A stretch of DNA of 63,145 bases, counting the filler, from Folioceros fuciformis (Eukaryota), in NCBI GenBank assembly GCA_049999805.1. It is 3 parts of 2 records of this genome, joined end to end, with 100 filler letters (N's around TTAATTAATTAA, not from the genome) between each part and the next. Parts side by side here need not be neighbours in the genome. Positions count along the whole stretch, not along the records: positions 1 to 31,198 come from JBNGIO010006165.1; 2 more parts are not named here. One strand, written 5' to 3'. The position numbers and the translations under genes were made by a program. The notes beneath the pieces were generated by a model. That model was not told the origin of the DNA and did no database searches. It was given only the letters and a program-made list of their open reading frames with translations. How positions within the stretch are numbered: position 1 is the first letter of the stretch; each line of letters starts with the position of its first letter. Of this stretch, positions 1 to 14,000 are shown piece by piece.

Positions 1-44
1 AGATTGCTCTGCTCAAGGATTTTCTTGCTTGCATGCTCTCAGAG

Positions 45-3000
45 ATGGTCAAGTTTGCCAAGCAGCTGGAACTGGAAGCTGTCCCCGAGTGGAGGGGCGC
101 TTACTGCAACTACAAGCAGCTCAAGAAGGCGGCCAACCAGATCAAGCAGCAGTTGCTGCTCGTGAGAAGCAAGTCCAGCCGGGAGTCCACGGGATTGGTC
201 AGGCGCATCAGCTTCGAGTCTCCTATTCCGCGCTTGACGTTGAGCCTCACGCGCAGGAGGAGCTATCAGTTGCAGCACGGGGATTTCATTCGGGTAAAAG
301 CGATACTTCGACTTTTGCTCCTCTTTACCTGCCGACAGCTTTCCTTCTTGGACGCTCCCAGTTTCTTGAATTGGAGCAATGCGCTCGATGTTGGAATCAT
401 TCCCGCATTGCTCACACAGGTGAATCACCACAAGCTTCTCGACGGCAGCGAAATGTTCGAGACGCAGTTGCAGGACTCCGCTTCGCCGACCGAGGAAGAG
501 AGAATTTTCTTCGCCAAGCTTGATGAGCAGCTCAACAAGGTCAATGACTTCTATCGTGTCAAGGAGGCGGAATACGTCAACCGTGCGCAGGTGCTGGACA
601 GGCAGATGCAAGCTCTGGTTGAGATGCAGGCCGTTCTTGAACAGAATCGCTCTCGGGGGCCAGCCAGTCCCTCCAAGAGAGATTCCAGGGAGTCCAACTC
701 TGGTGAGCGGATTCATGGCTCAAAAATCTGGAGCAATTAAATCCTTTTGTTTTACTGGTATCTCATCCTTCTGCCTGCTCCACTGTTTGCCTCAGACTCA
801 GCAGAGGAAGAAAGCAGCCTTCAAGAAATGAGTGCAGGAAAAGTTGCTTATATTCCCCCAGCCGTAACCTCCATTGAGGAGTCCGAGAGACTTCCGCTGT
901 CCGAGTCGGATACGTCCAAGCCATCTGAGGGCGCGCAGGAAAGCGCGAGTATGAATGGCAAACAATCTTCCAGTTTCAACGACTTCTTGCAGAAGCCGTC
1001 TTCGCCTCCCAGTCAAATGAAAATGTCCATTCCTCGCACCACACCCAGGGCCACCATTTCTGCCCTCTCTCAAATATTTTGGGAGGATTTTCGGCAGCGA
1101 GGATCCGAAAATAGAGGATCTGACAGCAAAAGCAAGGATGACATGACAGTGAGCAGGAAGAAGGTGCAATACGCAGAGAAGATGCTTCGCACAGCTTTCA
1201 TTGAGTTCTACCGGGGGCTCACCTTGCTTAAGAGCTTCAGGTTCATCTATCCTCCCACTCTCTAGTTTCTCCAAGTGCTACGCGTTTCATAGATCTCATG
1301 TTGTTTCATTTTGACCATCTTGCTCCCTTGTTCCAGCTCTCTCAACATTGTAGCCTTCGGCAAAATTCTGAAGAAGTTTGATAAGGTGTACAGTCATATG
1401 GCCCTCAACCACGCGCAGTGAGATAACTTGTGTGCAGCTTGACGTAGAGAAACATGACGCTTATCTGTTTTCCCTTCCGTAACAGATCACTGGGAGGCGC
1501 TCATCGGCAAAATATCTGAAGGCTGTCGAAGGCTCATATGTTCAAAGCTCTGATGAAGTACGGTCCTCCCCATGGAAACCCAGTTTCACGTCTCCAGCTG
1601 TCCAGTCCTGATCAGTTAACGGTCTTTTGTTGTACAGGTTGTAAAGTTAATGGAGAAGGTTGAGTTGATTTTCACTGCACATTTTGCAAAGGATGATCGC
1701 AGGCATGCCATGCGTAGTTTAAGGCCATTTCCGCAAAAGTCTTCCCACACTGTTTCATTCTTCCTCGGTAATGAGCCACCAATTCACTCGCCTGATGTGC
1801 AAACAAGGCCTAATGTTTGGACCTGAGTTAATTTCTGATGCACGTAACTATTTCTCACCGGACACTGATCTACATTGCTGGTTTCCACATGACTCAGGTC
1901 TTTTCTCAGGGTGCTCAATAGCCCTCTTTGCTGCATTAGGAATAGTTGTTCACATAGGTGGCAACTATGTGGACGCGGAGAAAACTCCGCTTCGGCCGTC
2001 GTACATGGAGTCCATCTTTGAGGTTTTTAGGTACGTGGTTTGGGTGTTGTGGTTTTAGGTACCATGTTGTGGTGTCGGGGCTTCAAGACATCTTTGGACC
2101 ATCGTGTGCAGTATGCTGGCGTTGATCAACCTGCACTTGTACATGTACGGTTGCAATGTATACATGTGGAGACGAGCTCGGATCAATTACGCTTTCATAT
2201 TTGAGTTTTCACCTGGAAAGGAACTCCGGTATCGTGAGGTTTTACTTGTTGCGTCTGGTCTCACGGCACTGGTTGTGGGCGGCATGTTGGCACACCTGGC
2301 TGCACATTTTGCTGTCAAAGACAACCCAGATCCTCGTTCAGTCTACGTAGACGTAATCCCACTGGGGGTCGTGGCGGTGAGCATTTCCTTCCGAGTCCTC
2401 ATGTTTCCTTTTAACCGAATGCCTGACTGCAGAACAAAGTCTGTGCAGCTTTGGGGATATTGTGACATGATGTGTTCATTGGCATCCTGATTTGCATGTG
2501 AATTCATGGCAGGCCGGTAGGATTCCACAGGAAAAAAAGGGATGCCCAATGGTGATCTGAATGAGTTACACTGTGGTAAATGGAGCAGGTTGCTGTGATG
2601 CTGCTTCTCCTTCCGTTTAACCTGTTCTACTACTCGAGCCGAGTGTTCTTTCTACGTTCTGTGGTCCATCTTATCATGGCTCCGTTGTACAAGGTGCGGA
2701 AGAATTCAGGCAACAAGAAATCACATCCCCATCTTTAACGCCAACAGAAAACCTGCCAACCGTACATGAAGTTGCTCTAATGAAGACCGCAATCGCATGC
2801 AGGTCGTCTTTGCAGATTTTTTCCTCGGAGACCAACTTACAAGCCAGGTGAGTAGCTACACGTCGTCAGATCCAGAAGTACGTGGATTCTATTGCTCATA
2901 CAACTAGCACCTCTCGATGCAGGTGCAAATGTTGCGGAATATGGAGTATTTCAGCTGCTACTACATGGGGGGATTTTTCGTGCGCAGCGACTCAAATTCT

Positions 3001-3854
3001 TGCCTGCAAAACAAACGATTCAAGGACCTGGCATATGTGGTGTCTTTGTTGCCTTACTTCCTACGTCTAATGCAGGTTCGTCATAGTACCAAGGATCTGG
3101 GCTAAATTTCACTGACATTGCCACGAGTGCCTGACATGCCATACCTCCAGTGTTTTCGAAGATGGGTAGATGAGGGTGACCGAGCACACATTGCCAACGG
3201 AGGAAAATATCTGTCAGCTATGGTTGCAGTCGCGATGAGATTAACATACACCAAGGACAACGCTCCGGGCTGGTTAGCGATGTTCATCTTGTCATCAACC
3301 ATAGCCACGTTCTACCAACTGTATTGGGATCTTGTAGTGGACTGGGGGCTTCTTCAGCCGTCTTCCAAGAATCCATGGCTACGAGATGAGCTCATGCTTC
3401 GGACAAAAGCTATCTACTTCTGTTGTATGGTAAGCGACCAACGCTCCCTCGTTCTTTACGACACTACAGGAGGCCGTGTATTTCATGCCTCTCCGTGGGA
3501 CAGGTCGTGAACACACTGTTGAGGCTTGCGTGGGTGTTATCGCTGACTCACGTGCAATTCGGCAACTTGAACCGGCGCGTAGTGGACCTCGTCGTTGCTT
3601 CGCTTGAAGTTATAAGGCGAGGGCAGTGGAACTTTTTCCGGTACGGGGTGCTTGCTTCGTCGAATCTTTGAAGAGCTGGAACTCGAAGGTCTACTTCAAA
3701 TGTTAGTCCCGGATAAGATACCAGTTACTAACTATGGTCTACTGGATGCAGGCTAGAAAATGAGCATCTCAACAATGTTGGTAAATACAGAGCTGTGAAA
3801 ACAGTTCCCCTGCCCTTTCGGGAAGTGGTGGGCTCCGAAGGAGCTGAAGTGTAG
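45..3854 (+). CDS. PHO1: Phosphate exporter PHO1 family (SPX + EXS), multi-exon
   Basis: N-terminal [28 protein letters not shown] (SPX); [50 protein letters not shown]-terminal [23 protein letters not shown]...EV*, stop 3852-3854. GT-AG introns. An in-frame ATG at 33 is an alternative start. Confidence 0.96.
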
Positions 3855-3969
3855 CAGCATCACGGCTTTGTCATACACACCGGCAGCCCCGCGTACTAAA
3901 ATGTACTTTTACTCCTGGACGGTAACAAATGTGAGATCGCGTCTAAGCATGGCCACAGAACTCTCCACA

Positions 3970-6900
3970 TCACCTATCGCTAAAAAGTTTGACAACGCAA
4001 ACAGAGCCGTGAAGCTCCGCAGCGACTGGCTGGTGTTTGTCGAGCTCTCGGAGGTAGAGCTCTTCCCGTACAGCACCTACCATCCCACTTTGTACAGCAT
4101 ATTCAAGTGCCATTTCCGAATCAACCTGCAGGTTGCGCATGTGTTATCCACGGTACTCTTGAGCAGCAAAGTATAGGACATCTGGAAACCATGGCCATGG
4201 CACCTTACCTTGTTGACATACTCTGCAAGTTTTTCGTGCAGCATTTCCTCCGTCAGCCTTTGGTGCACCACGTCCTTGAGCAATTCTTCGGATTCATCAT
4301 CAAATCGAGGTCTTTTAGGCTTCTGGTGCTCAGCCATTATCTCCAGAATGTTGAAGATGGCTCGTGACACGTCAGGGATGTACCTGAAATAGGTGAGCAA
4401 GTCAAGCGAGGAGCACCCTTTCTCAAAACACGACAGAGGGCGCACGACAGAAACATACCTGGCCAGATTCCGCTTTCGTTGTTGCCTGTCACGAGCTGCT
4501 TGTTGCCGAACAATCTTCGATTTCAGTTGGATGCAACATTGTTGTATCGCTGACTGGTAGTAGCAAGATGTTAGAAGTGGAACAAGCTGAGTTCCTCATG
4601 CACCCACCATGACTGTCTTACACCAGATTTGAGTACCTTCACCGCGGCAGATATTTCCTGTATATCGTCTCCAATGTATTCTTTCCCAGTCCCTTTGAAA
4701 GGAATCTTTGTACTGACAATGCTCACAAAAACACCAATCTTGTCCTGCATTTGGTTCATTTTGTAGCTGCTCCAGCTAAAGAGCAAACCAGAAGAAAAGC
4801 CCCTCAGGGTAAGCGAACCTTGCCCATGACCAAGAGAAACTGCAGCAGATCATTCAGATGGCTGAACCACTAACTTGATGCGTTTCGTTGCCGTTCGGGT
4901 AACAACGTCTCCTCCCTGTTCGAACAGAAGTGGTATCCTATTGGCAAAACGGAAGATGTTGATCCCCTGTCGTACCAGCACTCTGGTCAATTGACTGGTA
5001 GGACACAAATGGCAGGCATTCTATGCAACAAGCTGAGGAGATCGCGCTAACCTGCTTCACATCTTTGCCTCCTAGGCTCACTGCAGCCTCCACAAGAAAA
5101 GGATGGCCCTCAAACACCTGTGTACTACACATATTTTGCAACAAGTTGGAATTTAGTTCAGCTTGTCCACGTTCTGAGACACCTTGCACTCCGACAAGAA
5201 CAAGGACGCCGTGCACTACTCTTTCAAAGATACCTCTGCAGATAATTCCAGCCCTTACTTGCTCTGGAACGTTGCAACCATGTCTGGATGCAACTCTTTC
5301 ATGATGCCCAGGTGCAAATTGTACTCTCCAGCTGGACTGAGGCACTGCTCACGAAGTTGCAGCCATCAAGCACTGGCACAAGTACTTTGAAGTGAAGTCA
5401 AAGAGACCAGCCCTGACCTACCTCTCCACTTGGGTCATCAAATTTCGCCTGTCTAAACAGCTGATGGATCCGAACAATGTGCTGGGAGGTAAGCGTTTTC
5501 ACGTTTGTCTTTGCAGTGAATTCCTCTCCCATTTCACCTGGTGTAGACCATGAAGTGATTGATCGAAGGCACAACCATACCGCATGAGTTCTGCATTCAC
5601 TGCTTAAAGTGAAGCACTAACCAATAAGACGCTCAGCATAGGACTTGCTTATGTTTGTGAACTCGTGCTGAAGGAACTGAGCAAGGGTCGGCTTCAATGT
5701 ATCTGCTATCAAGCGCTTTATAAGCAACAAGTCCACTGCAGATGGATGATACTTGGTCTCCACTGGGGCTGGTGGCATGGTGTTCGTTCGACGTGCAAAC
5801 CTAACTGTGACGTTTTTGCTTCACCAAAGTAGCAACCCAATTTGCGAGTCAAGACAAAATTAAATAAATTTGCGGGCACTTTCAGCCGAGTTTCTCTGGA
5901 ACAGGAGACTTACTCCGGAGTCGAGCCGATGTAGGTGAAGAGAAACTGAGCGTAGGGTGTGATTACTGCCATTTGTCTCATGTAGTTGATGATCTTGGAC
6001 TGCAGATGTAACACGGTTACCTCCACTGAACATCTAAATATAATCACGGCACAGTGCAGGGGCAGCAACGGCCTCCAGAGACAAGTGATTCACAACTCTT
6101 GGCACGTGATAACTCACACGATATGTTGTCCAGTTTCCCTCAATTGTGACTTGAATTTCAGCTCCGTGCCATCCATCACTGTTGGTGCGTTTCTCATGAA
6201 CATGGATATTGGGTACATTCCTGTGATATGCACCAGCCGTCAGGGTTCCTTCACTAACCGGTTATCTGCTGCAAACAAAGAGAAAGCAGAAGTTGATGAC
6301 TGATGGCTGAAATCTAAAACATGTGGGGAGCCAGAGAGGTGAAAGGTGACTCACAACAACCTACTTGTGAATATCTATGTCCAACTTGCAGAAAGATATG
6401 AAGCTCTGATTCTTGGTTGCACTCAGGATGTCAATGGGCAATCCTGTGCTCATCTTCGACCATATTAGTGCCTGAATGAAATTGAGCCAAGACACGTGAC
6501 TTACTGCTGATGGGTGAGTTTTGCATGTGATATCACATCATGCGGCGTTGGCTGATACCCCATCTTGAAATCATTACTTCAAATGGCGATGGTCAAAAAG
6601 GGAAGCATCCTGCCTACCATTTTAGCACCCAGTCCGAACTTTCCACGAGTCTGCTTCAGGCCATACTTGGTCCCGGACAGCACTTCATCACAGAAAATAT
6701 TGCCCCATGAATGACCAGAAAGCTAAATTTCACGGAACACACGTCTCCAATTAATGAAAAGATACTTGTGAGACAAAGGTGCACCTCGTCCAAACATGTT
6801 AGGGATGTCATCATGTGCCATCCCTCGCCCATTATCCTGCGAACGTGGAATCACGGAGATGACAATCCAGAATCCAGCCCCAATCGAAGCTCCAGGAGAA

Positions 6901-7815
6901 AATGTAGTCTGTGTGGAAGAGCGGGTTCATCGTACCTTGACTGTCACTTTGAAGAACATTGCTTCTCCACGACCTTTGCTGGTTTTCAGCTGGCCAGCAT
7001 CCTTGATCTTCTTGCCTGCTGCCACAGCCTTAATTTGCTTCTCTTGCTCGCGAGCTTCTCGAGCCAGTCGTTTCTATGGTAATTATCACAATACTTAGGG
7101 AGCCTTGTCGCATGGAACAAAACCCTTCAAAGAAGCAGAAAAAGTAACCCAGTTCTTACGAACCTCTTTCGCTTTCTCTGTCTCAAAATCATCATACAAT
7201 TCAGCATCCACACGCTCCCTGTCTGTCAGGCCTATCAATGTGTTGAACTGGGACCTGCTGAGCTCCTCGCTGACCACATAGAATCAACGGTTTTAAGGAG
7301 GGGTATCATCGTGCTACGCAAACAGGACTTCCACAAGGACCGTGGTCTCACATTGTTAGCTCAATCTCTGGGAGAACTGCGATAGCCTCAGCTGAGTCCA
7401 GGGCATTCTCAACGAGCTCGCGGACAGTGGTGTACAAACTTTTCCCCGGCTGAAGGAATTTGCAAGCAGCGTTAGCATGAGTCCAGTGACCACTGTGGAG
7501 GTCCTTGTGAAATCCAGAAATTGATCAAGCACAAATGGACTGAGCTCAGAATTACATTGTCGAAACCAGCAATATTCTTGTTCTCCGCGAAGAATTCTGC
7601 AGGGGATTCTGCACAGCAAGACAACCATGTTAGGTTGGAGTTGGGCAAGCAAGATGCGCAGAGGGGGCGTCAAAAACAGCAGGATTGGCATTACTTTGCT
7701 TCAACGTGCCATCGCCATCCCCGTCGCTTTTCCCTTTGCCTTTGCCCTTGCTAGATTTGGGCTTGGGCTTGGGGGCATCGTCCGCATTCTCCTCTCCGTC
7801 CGACTGGACAGCCAT
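3970..7815 (-). CDS. TOP6B: DNA topoisomerase VI subunit B, multi-exon
   Basis: GHKL motifs LYTTVRELVENALDSAE and GKFGLGAK; VFEGHPFLVEAAVSLGG; VSIVSTKIPFKGTGKEYIGDD; last exon VDSEMALEY...KLFSDR*. Start MAVQSDGEE at 7815. Confidence 0.95.
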
Positions 7816-8411
7816 GTATGCTCCGTGCTTCACTTCAAATTCAGACCGCCACGTACATCGTAAAAAACCCTCAGCAAAGTTAAACTGTGTTTCAGTCTAA
7901 GATTCCAAACCCACCACAATTCGAAGTTCAAGAGGCGCTCAAGATATTTCTGCTAGATGTCCACAGTGGAGACCGAAAAATCTTGGCGTTAGCGATATGT
8001 ACATGCGCACAGGGTATCCAGACCTGCGGCCAGAGGCGCGGTCCGCGTCCAATGACAAAGCGCCGGTGTGGACAGGACCGGCCAAGACTGCACTTCACAC
8101 GTGGACTTGCGAAGATATGCTGTAGTCTAGATGGGAACACTATCAGACATGTGACGGAGCTCTCGAGACTGTTGCACTTGCGCGTGTAAGACACAACAAG
8201 CGCGGGGAGCGTGATTCTATCACAGACGGAAGCAAGATGCTATAACTGTGTCCAGTCATCGCCGGGTGTGGTTTTCCTCACTGTTCAGTCACCCACCTGT
8301 GACTACGGGACTCGACAATCACGCGTGAGTGGAGGTTGGTGGTTCATGACTTTTATGTACAAAGTGACGGGACTGGTGTGGAACAGCCTGTGGCAATTGA
8401 GAACCGGCAGT

Positions 8412-9497
8412 TCAGTAGCCACCTTGAATGTAGTCGCTCATCCTGGAAAGCTCCTCCCGGTGTTCCTTCACTATGGCTCGAATGACATCCCCAATGGACA
8501 CCATCCCCTTCATCTGCTTGTTCTCAACCACAGGGATGTGCCTGATTCGCTTATCTGTAGTCGAGAAAGAGCACAATGTGAGGAGGACCAGGATGGCACA
8601 CAAGAGAAGGAAGCTTGCTCAGTCAGCAGGGAGGAGCATTACTCACCCGTCATTAGCTCCATTGCCTGCAAAAGCTTCATGCTCGGGCTGACCGTTACCA
8701 GCTTGTTCTGCGACAACAGACACGATGCGAGTGTCATACCATGTGAGCAAGTGCACAGTCAGCTCCTACTTTGCGGCCAGGTTCAGCGTTATCGCATCCC
8801 ACAGGGAAAAATAGGTGTGTAACTAACCTCCTCTGTCATAATATCACCGACTTTGGTGGACTTGGACGATCTTCCCTGTACAATGATCTTTCTCAGGTAG
8901 TCTGGGAGTTCCAATCCAATCCAGGTCGGGGTCAGCGGGGCTCAGCAGTCTGGGATAGAAATTACTGCACCCCTGCCTGCAGGAACCAAGCAACTGGACA
9001 CCACTTCCTTGACAGGTTTGACTCCACCCACGCACACGACACAAGCAACTGCGGCTGCCATCCTACCTCTCTCCGTGATGATGCCGGCGATGGAAGAAGA
9101 CTCCCCTGGGCGCACCACGAGAAGCGCTCCCACATTGTTGGAGGTCATCTGGCCACGAGAAAAGCACAGTTTTCAACATCGCCGAACAAGTCGGTTACCA
9201 AGAACGAAGCAAACACCAGCCGGTGCTTACAGATTTCACGGCGTCATACACAGTGTCATCCGTGGTGCAGAAAAGCCAAGATCCGTCAGCCTTCCCCTTG
9301 CTTTTCAACAGATCGGCTATAGTAGTAGACTCAAAACCATGCTCCTCGAGGGGAGCGGAAGCAGTCTCGGAAGACCCGACCTCGAAAGGCTCGTTCAAGA
9401 AAGACGCTGCTCTGGCTCCTCCGACACGAACATGCTGAAGAAGGCGTCCGCTAACGGCCGAACCACTCGAGCTGATCAATTTCAAAATGTTCTGCAT
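8412..9497 (-). CDS. CBSX3: CBS-domain protein, CBSX3-like (probably mitochondrial)
   Basis: EEHGFESTTIADLLKSKGKADGSWLFCTTDDTVYDAVKS, MTSNNVGALLVV, AGIITER, IRHIPVV...GMVSIGDVIRAIVKEHREELSRMSDYIQGGY*; N-terminus resembles a transit peptide. Confidence 0.92.
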
Positions 9498-11072
9498 CTT
9501 GCACAGGCACCTGCCCCTGCCAGCGGCGTGACGTACAATAATCAGGCCATATCTCTTCCCAACCACTGCACAGTCTGTCAAGCCCGGTCGCAAGCAAGGT
9601 GATAGCCGCAGGCGGAAGATGGAGCGGCATCAAAAGCCACTTCACTCCCACACTGCCTTGACGGACGGAACCGCGGCGCATTCCCGCATCCATGCAGAGC
9701 CAGCAGACAAAGCCGTGCAGCTTTCTTGACACCGCCAGACGCGCAGTCCGTAAAAGAAGAAAAACGGGGGAGACGAAGCACGGCACGGCAGGGCACGGCA
9801 CAGCACACGCACCCGCAGGCCGCCTACACTGAGCTCAGGAGAGAGCAGAAACGAAGCGAGAACCGCACCTGGATCCTGAAACCGCGCCTCACACGCCCCG
9901 CACACTCCAGGACTCAGCGATGGAGCCCAACGTGTCCCTTCCACAAGGCGCCAATTCCGCAGAGGCAGGCTGGCAAGAAGAAGCAGCGCAGGAGCGCGAC
10001 GAGGGTCGAGGCCAGGAGCCAGCGGCAGGGGACAGGTCGCGGGAGGCGACGGCGGGCTCTCCTCCTTTCTCCCTGCTCCCTCCAGCTGGCCGGGCCCGGA
10101 CCTTTGGAGCTGCAGGTGCGATGGCGCAGCCCGGTAACGGGAGCGCATTTTGTACATTGGTAGAGAGAGGGTAGACAAACCGGGACACACCGGGCCCAGG
10201 TAAGACGCCGGACTGTTGGCGGCGTGGCAGGGCCCGTGTGGGGGCCCCGCTCTGGACGTGCAGATAAGGATTGGCGTTTATCCAATTCGGTTCCAGCCCT
10301 GGACACCGGCTGTGGCCGGTCAGGCACTGCCGGTGTGAGCCAGTCCGGCGGCGGGAGGCCTGGCCAGGGCACGACCGAGACGAGCCCGCCTTCCCCCAGC
10401 TGGCCAGGCCAGTCGGAGCGGAGGCCATGACTGTACATTACTGCCCAAGAGGGGAGATGAGGAAGAAAAGATTTCTTTTATTTAAATTATTATTTATTTG
10501 ATATATAGATGTAGGCTGGCTGTACATATTCTTAGGATTTTGTTTTTCATATTCATAGTATTGTACTTTTCTCATACTGGCCCCTATATCTTTAGTACTA
10601 AACTTTCTTAATCTCCATGTACTTATAACAAATGTATTCTAGGTTTAATAGTACTAAACTTTTTGGATCTTCATGTATTGCAATTGACTGCACCTTAGGA
10701 TCAATAGCAAGAGCATTCTTATGTCCATGTATTGACCCAAATGCATTTTAAATTGGGTAGCACAAATAAAAATTATTATTTTTTATTATTGAAATGCTAA
10801 TACTCTATGGATACGTGTTGTCGAAAAGGACCACCATTCCTATGACTTAATAAACCTTAGCGCAAATGAACCCTTAGCGCACTCGCGGAAATAAACAGAA
10901 GTTTGAAGTAAGGACAGTAAGGACTGAAGGAGGAGGAAGAAGAGAAACAAACGTTTGGTTTGGTTGCCGGTTCCCGCCAAAACTGGGAAGCCAGGCCAGG
11001 CCAGGCCAGGCGAGTCGAGCAAGGCCGGGCACGGCGGATGGTTGGAGGAAGAAGCAGACGGGCATCGGCACA

Positions 11073-14000
11073 ATGTTCGTTAAGGAGATCACGCTGGAAG
11101 GATTCAAGTCGTATGCGACGCGGACGCAGGTGCCGGGATTCGATCCTTTCTTCAACGCGATCACGGGCCTGAATGGCTCCGGCAAGTCCAACATTCTGGA
11201 CTCCATCTGCTTCGTGCTGGGCATCACCAACCTGCAGCAGGTTCGCGCCAGCAACATGCAGGAGCTGGTGTACAAGCACGGCCAGGCCGGGGTCACCAAG
11301 GCCACCGTCTCCATCACATTCGATAACTCGGACCGCGCTAGGAGCCCCATTGGATTCCAGGACTGCGCCGAGATCACTGTCACTCGCCAGGTGGGTCGTG
11401 CTATGCTACGCTACGCTATGCTGGCCAGGGCGTTGCTCTTGGCATTTGCGCTTTGTGGGCTTACTCATTCCGCGCCCCGGATTGCAGATTGTGGTGGGGG
11501 GGCGGAACAAATACCTCATCAACGGACACCTGGCGCAGCCCAGCCGCGTGCAGAACCTCTTCCATTCCGTCCAGCTCAATGTGAACAACCCGCACTTTCT
11601 CATCATGCAGGGGCGCATCACCAAGGTGCTCAACATGAAGCCGCCTGAGACGCTGTCCATGCTGGAGGAGGCGGCGGGCACCCGTATGTACGAGAACAAG
11701 AAGGAGGCCGCGCTCAAGACCCTGGAGAAGAAGCAGTCCAAGGTGGACGAGATCGACAACGTGCTGGCGCAGCAGTTGCTGCCCGCGCTGGAGAAGTTGC
11801 GGAAGGAGCGCGCGCAGTACATGGAGTGGTCCCACGCGCGGGAGGATCTGGCCAGTCTCGACAGGTTCTGCACGGCTTTCCAGTTCGTGCAGGCGGAGAG
11901 CCTCAAGAACAGCGCCCTTGGGGAGGTGCAGCAGATCAAGGCCAGGATTGCGGAGCTGAGGGACCACGTGAAGGAGCTGCAACGGGCGCTGGCCGAGAAG
12001 GAGCAGGCCATCAATGTGCTTGTGGAGCAGAAGGAGAAGATGAGCGGCCAGAGCCTGAAGCACTTGACTGACAAGGCTGACAAGGTCTCCAATGCCCTCG
12101 TGAAGGAGACGTCTGCGTTTGATAGTCTCAAGGACGCCCTCGATACTGACAAGTCTGCTCACGAGAATGTGAGCGGGGAATTTGGTTTCCTCGTCTGGGA
12201 ACGTTTTTTTTTTTTCCCCTCTTCTGCCATCTTCTTGCTCCCTCTTACATCTTTGTTGCTGCTATGGACTTTGTCAGCTTCGAAGAACGCTTAAGGAGTT
12301 GGATCAAGGGGTCGTTGAGAAGGCAGCGGCTGTTCAGCAGTCGGAGGATTCTGCCTTTGGGTTGAGGGACAAGGTGGATGTGATGATGAGGACTTCAGCG
12401 GAGTTTGAAAGTGAGCTGCAGGTACGGCAGTGAAACGCTGAAAGGAAGTTTGATGTTTCTAAGTTGTTGGCTCGGTCCAACGACTCACTCTCTGCCTTAG
12501 TGCTCGCAACAACTTGGGTTCAGGGGGTTCGAGTGGGGAAGAGCGGAGGTGCGGATGAAAAGAGCCTGGCAGACCAGCTCGGTGATGCGAAAGCTGCCGT
12601 CAGTAAAGCAGGAACGGAAATCCAACAGGCCAACACCAAAATCCAGCATTTGAGTAAGGAACTTGAGGAGAAAAAGAAGCAACTGTCCTCGAAGCAGCAT
12701 GAGGCTGCGTCTTTGCAAAAGGAGCTCGAAGGTCGGAGGGCTGAGGTCAGTCGAATCAAAGCGGCTCTGGAGGACATCCAGTACGAAGAGGGCTCAATGG
12801 AGAGGTTGGAGCAGGTAAATGCAGTGATTTGTTTTCCTTTGCTTGGGTTGTCAGGGGTTTCTGTTCCGATGAACCGTCTTTCCTCTTCCGCTGATGTTGC
12901 CAGCCATTTTTGTGATGCATTCAGGCTCGTACATCAGAAGCGGAGGTGGTGCAAAGACTCAAAGCTGAAATCAATGAGCTACGAGGAGGTTTAAGTGGAG
13001 TTACTTTTGCTTACGAAAACCCCGTGAGGGATTTTGATCGCTCCAAAGTGAAAGGAGTGGTTGCTGGCCTTTTCCATGTGAAGGACCCAAGAGCTATGAC
13101 TGCACTTGAGGTGTGCTATGACCTCACCTTGTTCATTTCCATCAGCACAAGGTGGCTCTTGTCACAACGTCCAACAGGTTGCTGCAGGAGGGAAGATGTA
13201 TCAAGTAGTTGTGGACTCTGAGGTGACTGGAAAGCTACTGTTCGAAAAGGGTGGTCTACGCAGAAGGGTTACCATAATCCCTTTGAACAAAATCCAGCAG
13301 AGTACAGTTCCTCAACGGGTTCAAGCAGCTGCTAGCAGATTGGTGAAGAGCTAGCTCAAGCTTCCTTGTTGCTTCTTTACTTCAGTGAGCTGAAGTCCAC
13401 GGGTTATGATGTTAATGCTTTGTGCTGCTTGTGCTGTGTAGGTAGGATCAGATAATGCTAGACTTGCCCTGTCACTCATTTCCTTTGATGGCGAGCTCCA
13501 GGTGCTCTTCTCCCCACGTGCAGAGTCAGTTTGTGGGACCATAGGATCAGTTACGCTGCTGACGAATTACTTTGGAGGGCTGCGGGCTTGATGTGTTGTA
13601 CTGCTTTCTCTTTCTGTGCAGGCAGCCATGGGCTATGTCTTTGGAAACACCTTCGTTTGCTCTGACTCCAATACCGCAAAGCAGGTTAGTACCCCGGTGG
13701 GTGATATTTCATGACCTGGGGTCTGGAAAGGGTTTTGGAAATAGAAAAGTCACGATTGATGCTTGTGCAGGTTGCTTTTCATCGAGACATCCAGACATCT
13801 TCAGTAACTTTAGAAGGTGATATATTTCGACCAAGCGGGCTTCTCACTGGAGGCAGCCGCAAGTAATGCCTTCCTCATTGTTAGTTTTCCCCTGGTTTGT
13901 AGATGTTGCAAATTGCGGAGCTTAAAAGAGCTTCCCGACAAGTCGTATTGGGCTGGTGCAGCGGAGGTGGCGAACTACTAAGGAAACTCCATGCCTTGTC

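Noticed and set aside
9642-10500. Multiple overlapping 60-180 aa ORFs between CBSX3 and SMC2
   Set aside because: GC-rich promoter/5'-leader DNA open in many frames, with no protein motifs.
11406-12162. Long antisense ORFs over SMC2 (likewise over the GH17, SGS3-like and root-cap genes)
   Set aside because: Shadow ORFs from high-GC3 codon usage; no independent motifs.
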